In this document: positions 51,730 through 64,000 of the stretch, in pieces
Position numbering within the stretch: the stretch's first letter is position 1
Layout: every line of letters begins with the position of its first letter
Assembly (NCBI GenBank): GCA_030390025.1
Contig: CM059431.1
Coordinates: 128,962,001-129,026,000 of the forward strand
Origin: Squalus acanthias
Lineage: Eukaryota
DNA length: 64,000 bases
Direction: 5' to 3'
Notes under the pieces: generated by a model
Seen by the model: the letters and a program-made list of their open reading frames with translations, nothing else
Database searches by the model: none
Told to the model about the DNA's origin: nothing
Position numbers and translations under genes: made by a program

Positions 51730-54590
51730 TCATAAAGCCCCTGGTCTGGATGGATTGCATCCATACATATTAAAAGAAGTTAGGGAAGAGATAGCAGTGG
51801 CATTATTACATATATATATATATATATATATAAATTCATTAGAAAAGGGAATAGTGCCAGAAAACTGGTGGACAGCTACTGCGATTCCAATATTTTAAAA
51901 TGGAGATAGAACAAATCCAAGGAACAATAGACCAGTTAGCTTAATGTCAGTGGTAGGAAAGATAAGGAAATCCTTACCCAAAGATGTAATAGAAAAATAT
52001 CAGAAACTGAAAATATAATAAAGAGTAGTCAGCACGGATTTCAAAAAGGTCATGATTGACCAACCTGATTGAATGCTTTGATGAAGTAACAGAAAGGGTA
52101 GACGGGGTGTAAAGTTTTGCAATTATCGCGATTCAAAATAACGAAAGAGAAGCAGATTCGTTTGATCAGTTTTATTAAACGAAATGCTGTCATGATTAAA
52201 AAGGACACAGAAGCATGTAAAATGGCCGCCGTGCATCGTGGCAGAAGCTTCCAGAATTACAGTGGGCAGACAAGATGGCGTTCGAATATATATTTCAATA
52301 TAAGACGGGATCATACTCGATAAACACTGATAAAGACAGGATGCAACCTGTTTGCATTTGAAACAATAGCAAAGATATAAGTGCTGGAATCGTTTTCTAT
52401 GCACAAGTAAGGACCATTGTACGGGCAATCGAAGGCCCATCCAGACACATCAATACACAAATACCCCCCCGGCTCTACAATGAGAGAGACATTGACGGGT
52501 GATTAAGCAAGCATTCGGGGGCCCCCAAAACCCAGCCAGGGAGGCTCCTAGCCAGTTCAACAATGGGGAAAACATTAACGAGTAGTTGGCCAGTTTCAGG
52601 TGCTACCGAAACCCGTTAAGGAAAGAATCGCCCCATGCTGGGAGTTTTGAGCGCCAATATTACACAAAGGACAAACATTAAGATTTGGGCGGGAGATAAG
52701 GGAACACAGCACTATAACTATAGTGAACAAATGTCCATCGGTCTCTTGTTTCGACTCGTATTCTCCCGGCTGGTCTATTATTCGCTCGAATCGTCTCTTA
52801 TTCTCTTATCTCGCTGCTCACTGCTGTACTTTTGATTCGACTTCGAATGTTGGGTGGAGCTCACTCGGAACGAGCCGCCTCGACAAGGGCAAGTGACCGG
52901 GTGCACCATCCCGAGAGTCGGTAAACGGTGTCTGGACCCGAAGGCCCAAAAAGACAAGACGAAATGACAAGAAAAGAAGAAGAATCCACGTGCCACCACG
53001 GTCAGTAAACCCCGACCGCGCCCGAAAATATAGAACTCATTTCTTGAATTCTACGGGTTATTGCATGAACCGGTTTGGGTCCATCGACTCTTCATTGAAT
53101 TCTACCGACAACTGGTGTCGGTACAGGAAGACTCTTCTTTGAGTTCTACAACCGGGCCCGAGTTCTGTCAAGTTCTTCATGACAACGGGGAGTCTGGCCT
53201 GCTTGTCGCAGCAGCGAAGATAAACAAGCGGGGTGCAGAACCCCTCCAAACACGTGACAGTCAGGCGCTGCAGTGAAACGAGCCGAGCGCCTCACTTTAA
53301 AATTCTCCGAAGTATCACGAGTGGTGAGCATGTTTCACGATCCTACAAATCTAGACGTAGTGTAGGTATTGATAAGGGAGGGTGGTTTTATTAAGGATAA
53401 AGTATAATGTGTTCCCCTTTTTACGATGTGCCGTGCGTTCTTCATTACCGTAGACCAAGCTTTATGAATGTATGTATACTTGTACTCTCGTTAATTTGCA
53501 CCTATGACATGTACTTCATGATTTTGGATGCTATGCAATAAAGATTTCCATTTCGTACTATTCAACCGGGTCTATTTGAGTTTTTCTCTGCATTACTGCT
53601 CTCGCACCTAAGACCAGTGTTAGAACCGTAAGGGCGAGTGGGTCGAACCACTCACAGGTGCTTATTGCAACAAGGCTGGCCGGAGACCAGAGCAAGCAAT
53701 AGTATTAGGCAACGAAGGCCTAACCTCGCACCAGCACCGTCTGTGATACAAGCACGACAAAAAAACCCTTACAGGGGTAATGTAGTAGAGGTAATATATT
53801 TTGGATTTTCAAAAGGCCTTCGATAAAGTACCGCACAGTAGACTCATGACTAAGGTCAGAGCATGTGGAGTTAGGGGACAAGTAACAGAATGGTTACCAA
53901 GCTGGCTACAAAACAGAAAACAGAGAGCTGGGGATAATGATAGTTACTCAGACTGGCAAAAGTTGGGAAGTGGTGTTCACAAGGATGAGTTTTGGGACCA
54001 CTGTTGTTCACCATTAACATAAACAATTTGGACTCAGGAATCGGAAGTACAATTTCAAAATTTGTGGGCGACACCAAATTAGGGGTTGTAGTTAACACTG
54101 AGGAGGACTGTGACAAAATACAGGAAGACATTAATAAACTTGCAGAATGGCTGTGTAATTGACAAATAAACTTCAATATAGATAAGTGTGAGGTGGTACA
54201 TTTTGTTAGGAAGAATAAGGAGGCTACATACTCCTTGGAAAATAAGTGTCTAAATGGGGTAGAGGAGCAGAGGGTGCAAAAAAGATCTACTAGAATGATT
54301 TCAGAACTGAGAGGTTATACCTATCAGGAAAGATTGAACAGGCTGGGGCTCTTTTCTCTAGAAAAGAAAAGGCTGAAGGGAGACTTTATAGAGATCTTTA
54401 AGATTATGAAAGGGTTTGATAGGGTAGTCATAGAGAAGACGTTTCCACTTGCGGGGGAGACCAGAACTGGGGCCATAAATATAAGATAGTCACGAATAAA
54501 TCGAATAGGGAATTCAAGAGAAACTTCTTTATACAGAGAGTGGTTAGAATGTGGAACTCGCTACCACATGGTGTAGTTGAGGTGAATAGG
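51730..54590 (+). mobile_element. Degenerate CR1 LINE interrupted by a solo LTR
   Basis: KAPGLDGLHP, DFQKAFDKVPH and the C-terminal motifs. Same subfamily as 6900-7660. Confidence 0.9.
52108..53773 (+). mobile_element. Long solo LTR (1666 bp)
   Basis: TGTAA...TTACA ends with TSD GGGG; the CR1 resumes after it. AATAAA at ~53537. Ends CCCTTACA, like the LTR at 1640. Confidence 0.88.
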
Positions 54591-54624
54591 TGTATTTATG
54601 TAAAGCAAGTTTCAGTACACATTC

Positions 54625-55349
54625 AGGATAATTTAGCTACTTTTAGCGCCCCGGAAAAATTGGCGTCCCCACGACGGAAATTGAGTGGTAGCTCCCCTAG
54701 CGGGAAGCGGGGCACTACCGGAAGGGCCTTGCCTCCCTCTTGGGGCGCTGCGAGGGAATATCGCGGTGTTACGTGCTGCAGTGCCACGCGCTGTGGCATG
54801 TCGCGCCGCGGTATTGCAGGCCTTCCTCCCCTTCTTAAAGGGGTGGGGCCTTGTGCAGTGTGACCCGGGGCCCAGCTGGGCCCCCGGGGATCGGGAGTAC
54901 CGGCAAAAGAGCCCGGCACTCAAGAGAAGTGCCGGGTTCATGGAGGGCAGCCGGCGCTCCACGGGGGGCGGCGGGTGAGGAGGCCGGGAATGGGAGCGGA
55001 GGCAGGAGCTGGCAGGCAGCCAGCAACAAAAATGGCCGCCCCGCACCTCCCCTTTAAATTGCGCCTCCCCGGCCGCAGGTAGGCCCCCCTGACCCCGTCG
55101 GACATAGCGTCTGGCAGTAAGTCAGGCGGCACTCCCGAAAATCGCGGCCGGGGCGCAAGCAGGGCGCTGCGCATGGCGATGACGTCATCGCCGGCGGCGC
55201 AGCACTGCAGGGCGCTACCAGTTACCACCGCCGCTAACCTCCCGCTGAATTTCGCAGGAGGCGTTGGCGGCGGCGCTCCGGGGCGCTAGTTGCTTTGCGC
55301 CCTCTTAGGGCACTAATAGGAGGCGCAAAGCAACCAAATTTTTCCCCCC
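54625..55349. mobile_element. CpG-rich Harbinger-type MITE (related to family B, reverse orientation)
   Basis: Right end GGCGCAAAGCAACCAAATTTTTCCCCC resembles the reverse complement of the 37491 left end. Confidence 0.75.
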
Positions 55350-58300
55350 TACTGTCTTCCCATAGGTTTGGACCTTAACCTGCTCTTCTGAGCAGTAGAG
55401 AGGGACACCGGCCAAAGCTGGTGAGTTGCTCTTTAGATATGCAAATCGGGTTCCGATTATGTCTAAACCTACAGGGAAGAGGAGCCAGGCACGAAAAGGT
55501 AAGTGTTTTTCCGGGCCCCACAAAGAAAGTTTAGACCTCCCCTGTCCCAGGTTTCTACACTGTTCCCCAACAGCGAGGAGCTTCAGAGCACCCCCCCCAC
55601 CCCCCCAACCACTTACCTGAGTGCCGAGGAAGATTACTTTCATCCTCAGTGGCAGCCTCCTGCTGACTGACATTCCTGTCTCGCCCACTGGCCAGTTTCT
55701 GCTGCCCGCCAGTTTTGGGCTCCTGAGCCTCATGCTGCTGAGGTCAGGACGGACTGCTGCCCACCTCAACCCCTGCCTGCATGACTCTCGCTCCCAGTTA
55801 AAATCGGGGCTATTGCTTCCATCCAATTTCATGTTACAAATTAAGCTTGGGGAAGAAAAAGATTTTTTGCGTAGCTTCTTTTAAAAATCTCTAACCAAAC
55901 ATACAGCATCTTGGGGGAAAATAATGCATTTTGGGGTGTTTATAGTTAATATATATGTTGTTTTCAGTAGCCAACTGATTTGATTTCAATTTAACTTATC
56001 ATATCCTTTTTGTTTACCTCATCCCCGATCATTCAAGCCTTGTAATGAAACAAATATTTATTTATGTACAACAGCAAGGCTATATTTGTTTTATTTTACT
56101 TGTTTTGTTAAGCCCTTGTAGATAAGAAATTCTGCCGAGGATGTACAGACATTGTAATACATTTCCTTCCTGTAGGTTTCTGTTTCTTGCATATTCTCGT
56201 TAATCATTGCCTGCTCACGGACTGGTTACTTCAACTGAACCATAAATGCTAAAATGTCTGCCCTGACAAAATTCAGTAATAAAGCATTGTAATGTTAGAA
56301 TAGTTAATTACAAAGGTTTATAAACTCATATTCTTGAGGTAACATAACATGCAGAATGTAAAGAAAGGCATAGATTAGCAAATGCACTGAAATCAGGAAA
56401 GCTAATGTTAGGAACTGTACGTCAAATAGGTCCAGTGACTGATAATTAGGGTATGACTTGATAATACGAACTGAACATCATCTCACAAAGACGAATGCAC
56501 ATATAATGATTTATACCTTTGCAGGTAATTTAAAATACGTATTCCATCCTACTTCCACTGAAATACATGTGTTTTTAATGTTTGCCATGCTCTATCAATT
56601 CCTGTGAATAAAGATTTGCTAAAATAGTAATGAAAAAAGACCTATTTTTTTTCTGCTTACATTGTTGTGGTGGAGGTGGAGGCCCAAGCCCCAAAGGAGG
56701 CTGTTGGGAGGGGCGGGTTTCCTGAGGCTGGAGGCCCAAAAGGGAGGGAGAAGGAACCAGGTGGAGAGTGAGTGGCCTAAGCCCGAAACCCAAAATGGCC
56801 ACAGGGTGGGCGATGCAAGAATGGACAGGTAAACAGGAATGGGGTGGTGGCGGGGGGAGGTGGGGGGCTGCAGGTAGCAGAAATAACAGAAATAGTGTGA
56901 CAGAATGAAGTGTTATGAAATATAAAACTTACTTAACAACTGTTGTATAATAATAGGGATGTTATGAACTATAATGTTCAATGGATTATCAGGCCATTGA
57001 TTTATGATGGTTGTATAAGATAGGTTTACTTCTCATTGTCGTTGGGAATCAACATTCCCCAGGCACAGTCAAGAGGTAAAAGGAGTGAGGACCACTTCCG
57101 TCAGGTTTCGGCCCTCAATGCTCTGCCAGTGGGATTTCCTGGGGCTTTTCCATTTGATCTAATTGGGCTTGCACCTGAAGTAAGCCCAACATTAGCAGCA
57201 ACAAGATGCAGAAGGGGGAGCTCCTGGCCTCCCACCTAATCTTGCTCCCTTCAGGAAAATCAGCCCTAGTAACTCAAACTTTATTTTTATTAAATGTGCC
57301 CTGAATTTCCTCAGACTTTCTACCACTGCGCCACGTAACTTCATCAGGTTTCCACTACACTTTCGGCAAAGTACCACTGGCGAAGAAGAAGCAGCTCCGA
57401 GGAATTACTCGGCCTATGATTCTTCGTTTTTCTTCGAATCAGTGGCTTTGATAATTCTTATATTCATAAATGAATAGCCTTTTTTAATATATGTATTCCT
57501 TTACCTGGTATGTTTTTAATTTTTATTCTTTATCTGCTGATTCCACAGACATTTTTGTGGGACTCCCACCCACTGTTTGGGAAGCTGGTGACCCGGTCCC
57601 AAATCCCAGGCATTGGACCATTTAAATATTTGGGGCAGGTGCCCCACACTTGTAACAGCACAACAGAGGCACCTTATCAGCCCAAATATTATAGGTTATT
57701 AAAAAAGCACTTAATTCCCTGCAAGAAATGGATGGGATGCATTATCTGTGAGTTCTTCACTGCTGATACAATCAGGGGACCCAGGACAGAACTCACGCCT
57801 GCTATCAAGCCAACCAGAATATCAAGCCTCTGGCATTTGATTATACTGAGGTGGGCCAAGGGGCCTAGTGGCAGGGGAGGGGGGTGGTCTTGGACTTTGG
57901 TAACATTGCAGGGATCATCATGAGATTAGAGGATTAGGGGTCTGCGAGTTTGGCAGAAATGTGGTAGAGATGCGAGGGTTTGTGGTAGAACTTGGGAGTG
58001 GTATGTGGTCTGAGGTCATGAAGCTTCTTTGGGCACTGGAGTCAGGTGGTGGGCGCGACACTGCTGGCAGTGACGGTGGATGGAGGGGTATTTTAACATG
58101 GGGGAGCGGGTGGGATTGGGTGCGAGTGGGGGGTTAAATGGGCAAAATATGGAAGCGTGTCGGGAAGCCGGTTCCAACCCACCGACTTCCGGGTTTTACA
58201 CAGATGGGACAAGGGGCGGGCAGCCAACCCGCTCCAGGAGGCGAGCTGGCATTTTAAATATGTTAATGAGGCTGGAAGCCTCGAATTTAACCTGCTTTCA

Positions 58301-59298
58301 GGCTCAACTGTGGCGGCCGGATTTCCTGGCAGCAGCAGCGAGGTGAGGACAGCCTCGGGGAGCACTGCTTATGAGCCAGGAGGAGCACGAGTGCTTCCTC
58401 CTGGGCCCCCAAGCTCCACCGCCATCAGACTATTGCCCCCCCCATATACCAACGCACCGGCCCCCCGGATTGAGGATCGGACCCCCCCGCCCCGGGATCG
58501 GACCTCGCCCAGGATCAGACCCCCCTTGAGTCAGGGATTGGACCCCCCCTGGGATCAGATCCCCCACTCCCCTGGGGTTGTGGATCGGAGCTACCTGGTC
58601 CTGCATAGGAGGATAATTTCTTTATAATAAGTGCAATGCCGACTTAACGTCACCACGGCGAACTTGGACATTTGCGCTGAGCTCAGCGCTGGGTCCTAAG
58701 CACACCAGGTAAACCCAGCGTGCAAGCAGACTCAGAGACGCTGTCAGCACCTCTTAAAGGGACACACACATCTTTCAGGTAACTTTGCATTTAAGCTTTT
58801 GGACTGTTTTTTTAAATTTTATTGAAATAGTGGCTTGCTGCAATAGATGTTAAAAGTTTTTTAACCTAGGATAGGGTCATTTCCATAGACAGGGCAAGCC
58901 ACTGTCTCCTGCAAGGATGCACCAGTGGATTATGCCACAACATCCCCATAAAATTGGAGTGATGTCATGCTGCTTAGAGGGTGGAAGAGGAGGCCTGGGA
59001 AGTGCCAATGACCAGGTGAATTGTCGTGATCTTCCACTCCCAATGGACTCAGTAAAGTATTTTTCAAAGGTAATCAATCCCTTCTGGTATCAACTACCTT
59101 TGGCTAGTGAGGCTTTGGGGCCTTTCAAAAGACCTCAATGGTACTCATACAATTCTCAGCTGGCAAGAGTTTCACTGAGGCCTTATAAAGATAGAATGGG
59201 TTAAATTCCCAGGATAGCCTAGGAACTATTCCAGACATTTCAATGGAAATGAAAATCAAGTGGGTTCTAAAATGGGCATGTTGCCTGCTCTGCCAGTT

Positions 59299-60514
59299 TG
59301 TGAAGGAATAAGCCATATAACCTATTCAGAAAAATATACCATTCTATGAAAGAATTCTAGCCTTATTAAAACATGACAAACTGGGTTTGGAAATCTAAAA
59401 ACCTAACAATGGAGAAGTTGTATTGTTAACAGCATACAGACTATTGAGATAAGATAGTTGTTGACACTGAATCAATAACCTTATTGAAGCGGAAGGTTGG
59501 AGGCTCCTGACGGTCTGAATCTTTGGGAGCAGACAATGGTGTATCCTGGTTAAGGTGTTCTAAGTTACATTTCATAAACAGGCACATAAAATTAAGAAAC
59601 ATATGCCTTTGTAAAAATGACATCAAGTAAAAGAAACACCTGCCGTCACACCGTTTTTGTGTTAAGCTTAAGACACCTACACAGGAGACATAATTCTGTA
59701 TTGCAACCAGCTGAGGTGACTAACAATTGCATAGATCACCCTAGTTAAGGTGTTCTAATTGCAAGAGCACCAACAGAAGGACTTAGTAAAAATGACATCA
59801 AATAGAAACACCTGCTGTTACACTGTTTTTATGGTAAGCTTTGGACACCTAGGGTAGAGACACGATTCTTAATGCTACCAGCTGATCTGACTGTAAGAAT
59901 TGCAGAAGTCAGCAGAAAAATGACTAGAGATAATTAGCTTACATCAGCAGAAAACCTTAAAGAAAAAACCACTGGAAAAGGGTATAAATATTGAACTCTC
60001 AAATAGGATACTAGATTCGCTGTAAAGGGGCAAAAGCGATTCTCAGGCTTCAGAGGTGGCTCGAGGATCAAAAAAGTACTGAATTTGATTTTGGTGGATA
60101 TCCTGTAGAAAACTAAGAACTGTAAAACTGTAGCAAAGTTAAGATTTGAGAGTAAGTTCTCTGATGATAGAATTGTAAGCTTTCTGTTTTTGGAACTGTT
60201 AATGTTGCGATTGAATCACCAACTGTAAATTACATGTCGGTTCTTTAATAAATCTGTATATTTTTAGAATTGTCTCACATAGTACTTCTGTATCAAACTC
60301 GCAAACTCAATCTCTGTACACTCTTTGGTGAGGAGTTGCAGAATTCTGGGGAGTTCTCCGGACCCTCATTATATCCGGAAGGTTACAGTCTGGTTAAACT
60401 TATTAAAAGTGCTATCTGGAGGACGGTAACATCTTCAGGTTGTTCCTTTCCTTTAGGGAGAGATGGTCCAGACCTTTAGACCCAGTTAAGCATCTTTAGG
60501 ATTTGGCTACTTCA
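59299..60514 (+). mobile_element. Probable solo LTR (boundaries uncertain)
   Basis: Tandem U3-like duplication (~59549-59722 and ~59745-59893), TATAAATA at 59983, AATAAA at ~60247 and TGAAG...CTTCA ends. No clean TSD. Confidence 0.55.
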
Positions 60515-60539
60515 AACTTTAGTTGAAAGTGAACGTCTG

Positions 60540-61390
60540 GGGAATATGTCTGATCTGGAGTAGCCCTAAAGGGGCTAGGACTAGTAATAATCCCTTCAAG
60601 TTTACCACCCAAGCGATGAAGGTGAGAATTACCCCCACTGAGTGCAACCTGGAAATATGGCAGTGACTTGCATGATGCAGTGCATAATGGTCACACACAA
60701 GCTGCATATTGATGGAGTAGAAGCTGTTATGGTTCATGTAGGGGCACTGCTTTCCAGCGGCGTGTGAAGGGCAATATGCAAGCATTCTATTGCCTCTTGA
60801 TTTTGAGCATTGCTGATATTTGCAAGAGCCCGAGGCCTCAGGCCTGCTGTTCCCTGGTGTTTATGGGAACCTAATGTAATTGTTGGCTCTTCATTATAAG
60901 ATGTTGGTCATATGTTTACTGCCACAATGGACTGCAAACTAACAGATATGACTGACTACCCTAGTAGCCCGCTGGAAAGATTGTGAAGCTAAAAAAATTC
61001 AGGTGGTGGTGGCTTTGACTGGCACTGGCAGCTCTGAGTCTACTCTGGGGTGTGTCAGTAGGTTCCCCAGCAGCAGGTTAGAGAGCACTCACATTACCAC
61101 CCTGGGAACTAAAGTCCTGCAAAAATAATGTTCCCCTGCAAGCACCAGGAATGTGCTGTGGGGCTAATAGATTCATCTCAGAGGGTAATGGCAAGTCTGT
61201 GCTCTCCTGCTGTAATGACACCTCACCTCTTTGCCATCTAAAAGTGAATTGCACTTGTCCTCCTCTTCCTCCAAATAAAGTAGGTATCAATGGAATCTGG
61301 CAAAAGCTCCACTTTTTTCTGAGGGAGGTAGTTAACTCTAAGTAGTCCCCAGCCTCCCTCAAAACTGTGCAACACAATGGACCCACTCCT
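60540..61390 (-). pseudogene. Degenerate Harbinger transposase (DDE region)
   Basis: AIECLHIAL..YMNHNSFYSINMQLVCDH..IFPG resembles GAIDCTH..NRKGFHSINVQLVCD..PGS. Confidence 0.7.
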
Positions 61391-62029
61391 TCACCAATTT
61401 AGAAACAGTAATGACCCCAAAATTGCACAAATCATCGTTTCTACCTATACCTTTAAATTGGGGTGCCAGTGAGAAGGAGGATTCAAACCCTCAGCATCCA
61501 CTGTATAGTGGGACAGCCTGCACTTGATCTGTGACCAGCGGAAGTAAAGAATAGCAGGCAGGAGTTACATGACACAACCCCAATTTACATGCAATTTGCA
61601 TACTAATGCATGTATCAGGTGCAACTATTCTTATTCTAATTGGAAGTGTAGCTGAAATCAGTGTGCAACAGAGGCAGGGCGCAGACCTCAACGTAAAATC
61701 ACCTCGGCAAAACAGAGCACTATCCAGCACATCTGGGCGCATTTTGCCGATTGCACCCCTAGCGGAAACCCCATGCCCTCATTTTTGCAGGCACTGCCTG
61801 TCTACAAACTTTTATTTCTTGTTGTTACTACCATGGACCGCTCAATGCCGAACAACCTATAAACCTAATGTTTCAGATTCCTTAATTTGTCAGATGTCAT
61901 ACATTTAAAATTTGACTTCAATGTACTTTGTCTGAAGTAAACGTTTAAAAGGACCTCACACCTTCAACCTTGTGTTGTTAAATATGTTTAACTTTGCAAA
62001 CTTGATCAAGCACAAATATGAAACCTAAT

Positions 62030-63835
62030 GATTAAAAAGATTATATTCTCATGCAACAGTAGTGGAAATCTGGAACTATCTCCCCCATTAAGCTGTTGAG
62101 GCCAGGTCAAATGAAAATGTCAAAACTGAGATTGATATATTTGTTAGGTAAGGGTAATAAGGGGTATGGAAGCAAGGTGGGTAAATAGAGTTAAGATACA
62201 GATCAGCCATGATCTAATTGAATGGCAGAACAGGTTCGAGGGGCTGAATGGCCTACTCCTGTTCCTATATTCCTATTTTCCTAATTTACCTTCTTGACTG
62301 CAGAATCCACCATCCAAATCCTCATCACTTCAACACTTATTTTTCTGGATTCCCAGCTCTCTGCAATCACTAACTCATCCAGAACCCTGTATCCTATCCT
62401 ACACAAAGCCGCACATATCCATCATTCCTTTCCTTGTTCAAGGAAGAAGAGAAAGATAAACCAGGTAACTTTAAACCAATTAGTCTAACACCAGTTATGT
62501 GCAAACTCTTAGAATCCATAATTTTAGATCAAATTAGTGAGCATTTAATGATGCATAGGATGCATAGCTTAATCAAGGACAGCCAGAATGGATTTGTTAA
62601 AGGGATCGGGGGAGAAATTGGGTACCTTTGCACATCCTGTCATCGCCTCGGGGGAGGGGGTGGTGGTGATAACGGGGCGCGAACCACTTACCGCCCGGGC
62701 ATGGGGAGAATATTGCCTCCCGCTAAATTCAGCAGGAGGTTTGCGGCGGCAGTATGGCATTGCGCCCTGATCTCCTTCGCCTGGAGATCGTGACGTCATC
62801 GCCGTGCGCACCGCCCTGGTTGTGCCCCGGACCCGAACTTTGGTTTTGCCCCCTGCAGCATCACCAGGCAACAACACCGGCAGCTGCAGGAGGTGTTCAT
62901 TGGGATGCCGGGCGCTTCGGGGGTGATACTTAAAGGTGAGGTGGCTGAGGTAGGGAAAAAATAATCAGATGCTTGTTTTCTGTTTTTTTCCTTCTTTCCC
63001 CAATGCTCGATCAGGCCAGAACACTGCTGCAGTGCATCGGGCTGATCGGGGACCAGGTAAGTTGCTTTCCCTTGCAGAGCCTGCAGCGATGGCCCTTCCC
63101 TTTAAGGGAGGGAAGGAGCCTTCCAACGCGGCAGTGCTGCTTGACCCATTGTGCAGCGCTGCTCACCTACCACCCCGCCTGCTGCCTGTTGCATTCCAGG
63201 AAGGAAGTGGAGCGCTTGGTTTAGCGCTCCACTTCCTTCCTGAATCGCAAAACCGAATTTTTTAAAAGTTGAGAAATATTAGCGCCTGGCACTAATTTTT
63301 TCAATTTTTAAAAGTTAGCACCCCAAACGGCGCTATAATGAATTTCTCCCCATCATGTTTGACAAATTTAAGAGAGTTATTTTTAAGAAGTTATTGATTG
63401 TGTAGATAAACTGAATACAGTAGATGTAGTATGTGAGGAGATGTGTCACAAGAGGCTTCAGACATATGATATAAAAGAAATTGTAACAGCATGGATAGAA
63501 AGTTGGTTGATGGACAGGAAACAAGGGGTTAGGGTTAATAGGTCTTGTTTGGGTCTGAGAAGGGTTAGAAATGGCATATGCCAAGAGTCAGTACTGGGTC
63601 TACTTTTATCCTAGATTTGGACTTGTGCATACGGAGTACGGTACTGAAATTTGCTGATGACACAAAGTAGGAGTTTGGCAAACATAAAAGAGGACACTAT
63701 AGAAGACTTGAGAAAGACATAGATAGGTTAATAGAATGGGTAAACAGCGGCATATCCAACTTTAATGCAGCAAAATGTGAAATAATGCATTTTCAGATAT
63801 ACAAATATAAGGAATGGGAATATAAGCACAATGAA
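62030..63835 (+). mobile_element. CR1 fragments: a 3' tail at 62030-62283 and an RT piece at 62430-63835 split by a MITE
   Basis: DKPGNFKPISLT, SQNGFVKG and KFADDTK motifs, plus a CR1 3' UTR. Confidence 0.8.
62608..63351. mobile_element. Harbinger-type MITE
   Basis: TIRs GGGGAGAAATT...AATTTCTCCCC with TSD ATC, inserted inside a CR1 RT. Confidence 0.82.
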
Positions 63836-64000
63836 AAAACACTGGCTGGGAATTTTCTTGGAGTTGATCCCGCTCCACCACCTAACTTTGCCAGAAGTGC
63901 GGTAGAAACACTATTTAAGCGCATAAATTAGGTTTTCACCACACTTTCAACACATTTTTGGCAGTGGACCAGGAGGAGCTCCAACAAAATTCACCCCTAC

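Noticed and set aside
54540..55228. Overlapping GC-rich ORFs or a host CpG-island promoter
   Set aside because: Bounded by MITE TIRs; the ORFs reflect the scarcity of stop codons in GC-rich DNA.
59549..59893. Direct repeats as a CRISPR-like array
   Set aside because: Only two long imperfect units in a eukaryotic LTR-like context, with no repeat-spacer pattern.

Overview
Repeat-dense, apparently intronic or intergenic eukaryotic DNA, most likely from a cartilaginous fish (two SacSINE1/DeuSINE-type SINEs and shark-type CR1 LINEs, recognised from memory with no database search). No host protein-coding exon could be supported. Contents: the 5' end of a Gypsy-like LTR element (LTR, PBS, gag with MHR and CCHC knuckle) running off the left edge; a second gag remnant; two solo LTRs with 4-bp TSDs and a third probable LTR; many CR1 LINE pieces, one with a nearly intact RT; a second LINE family; four Penelope-like insertions with minimal hammerhead ribozymes and 13-14-bp TSDs, two of them fold-back palindromes; many PIF/Harbinger remnants (HARBI1-like transposase plus an intron-containing Myb/SANT gene) and their MITEs; and a hAT-Charlie-type end next to two convergent tRNA pseudogenes. 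The most notable observation is a tRNA-like T-loop fold shared, with a compensatory base-pair change, by the U5 ends of two otherwise dissimilar LTRs. Boundaries lacking a TSD are approximate.
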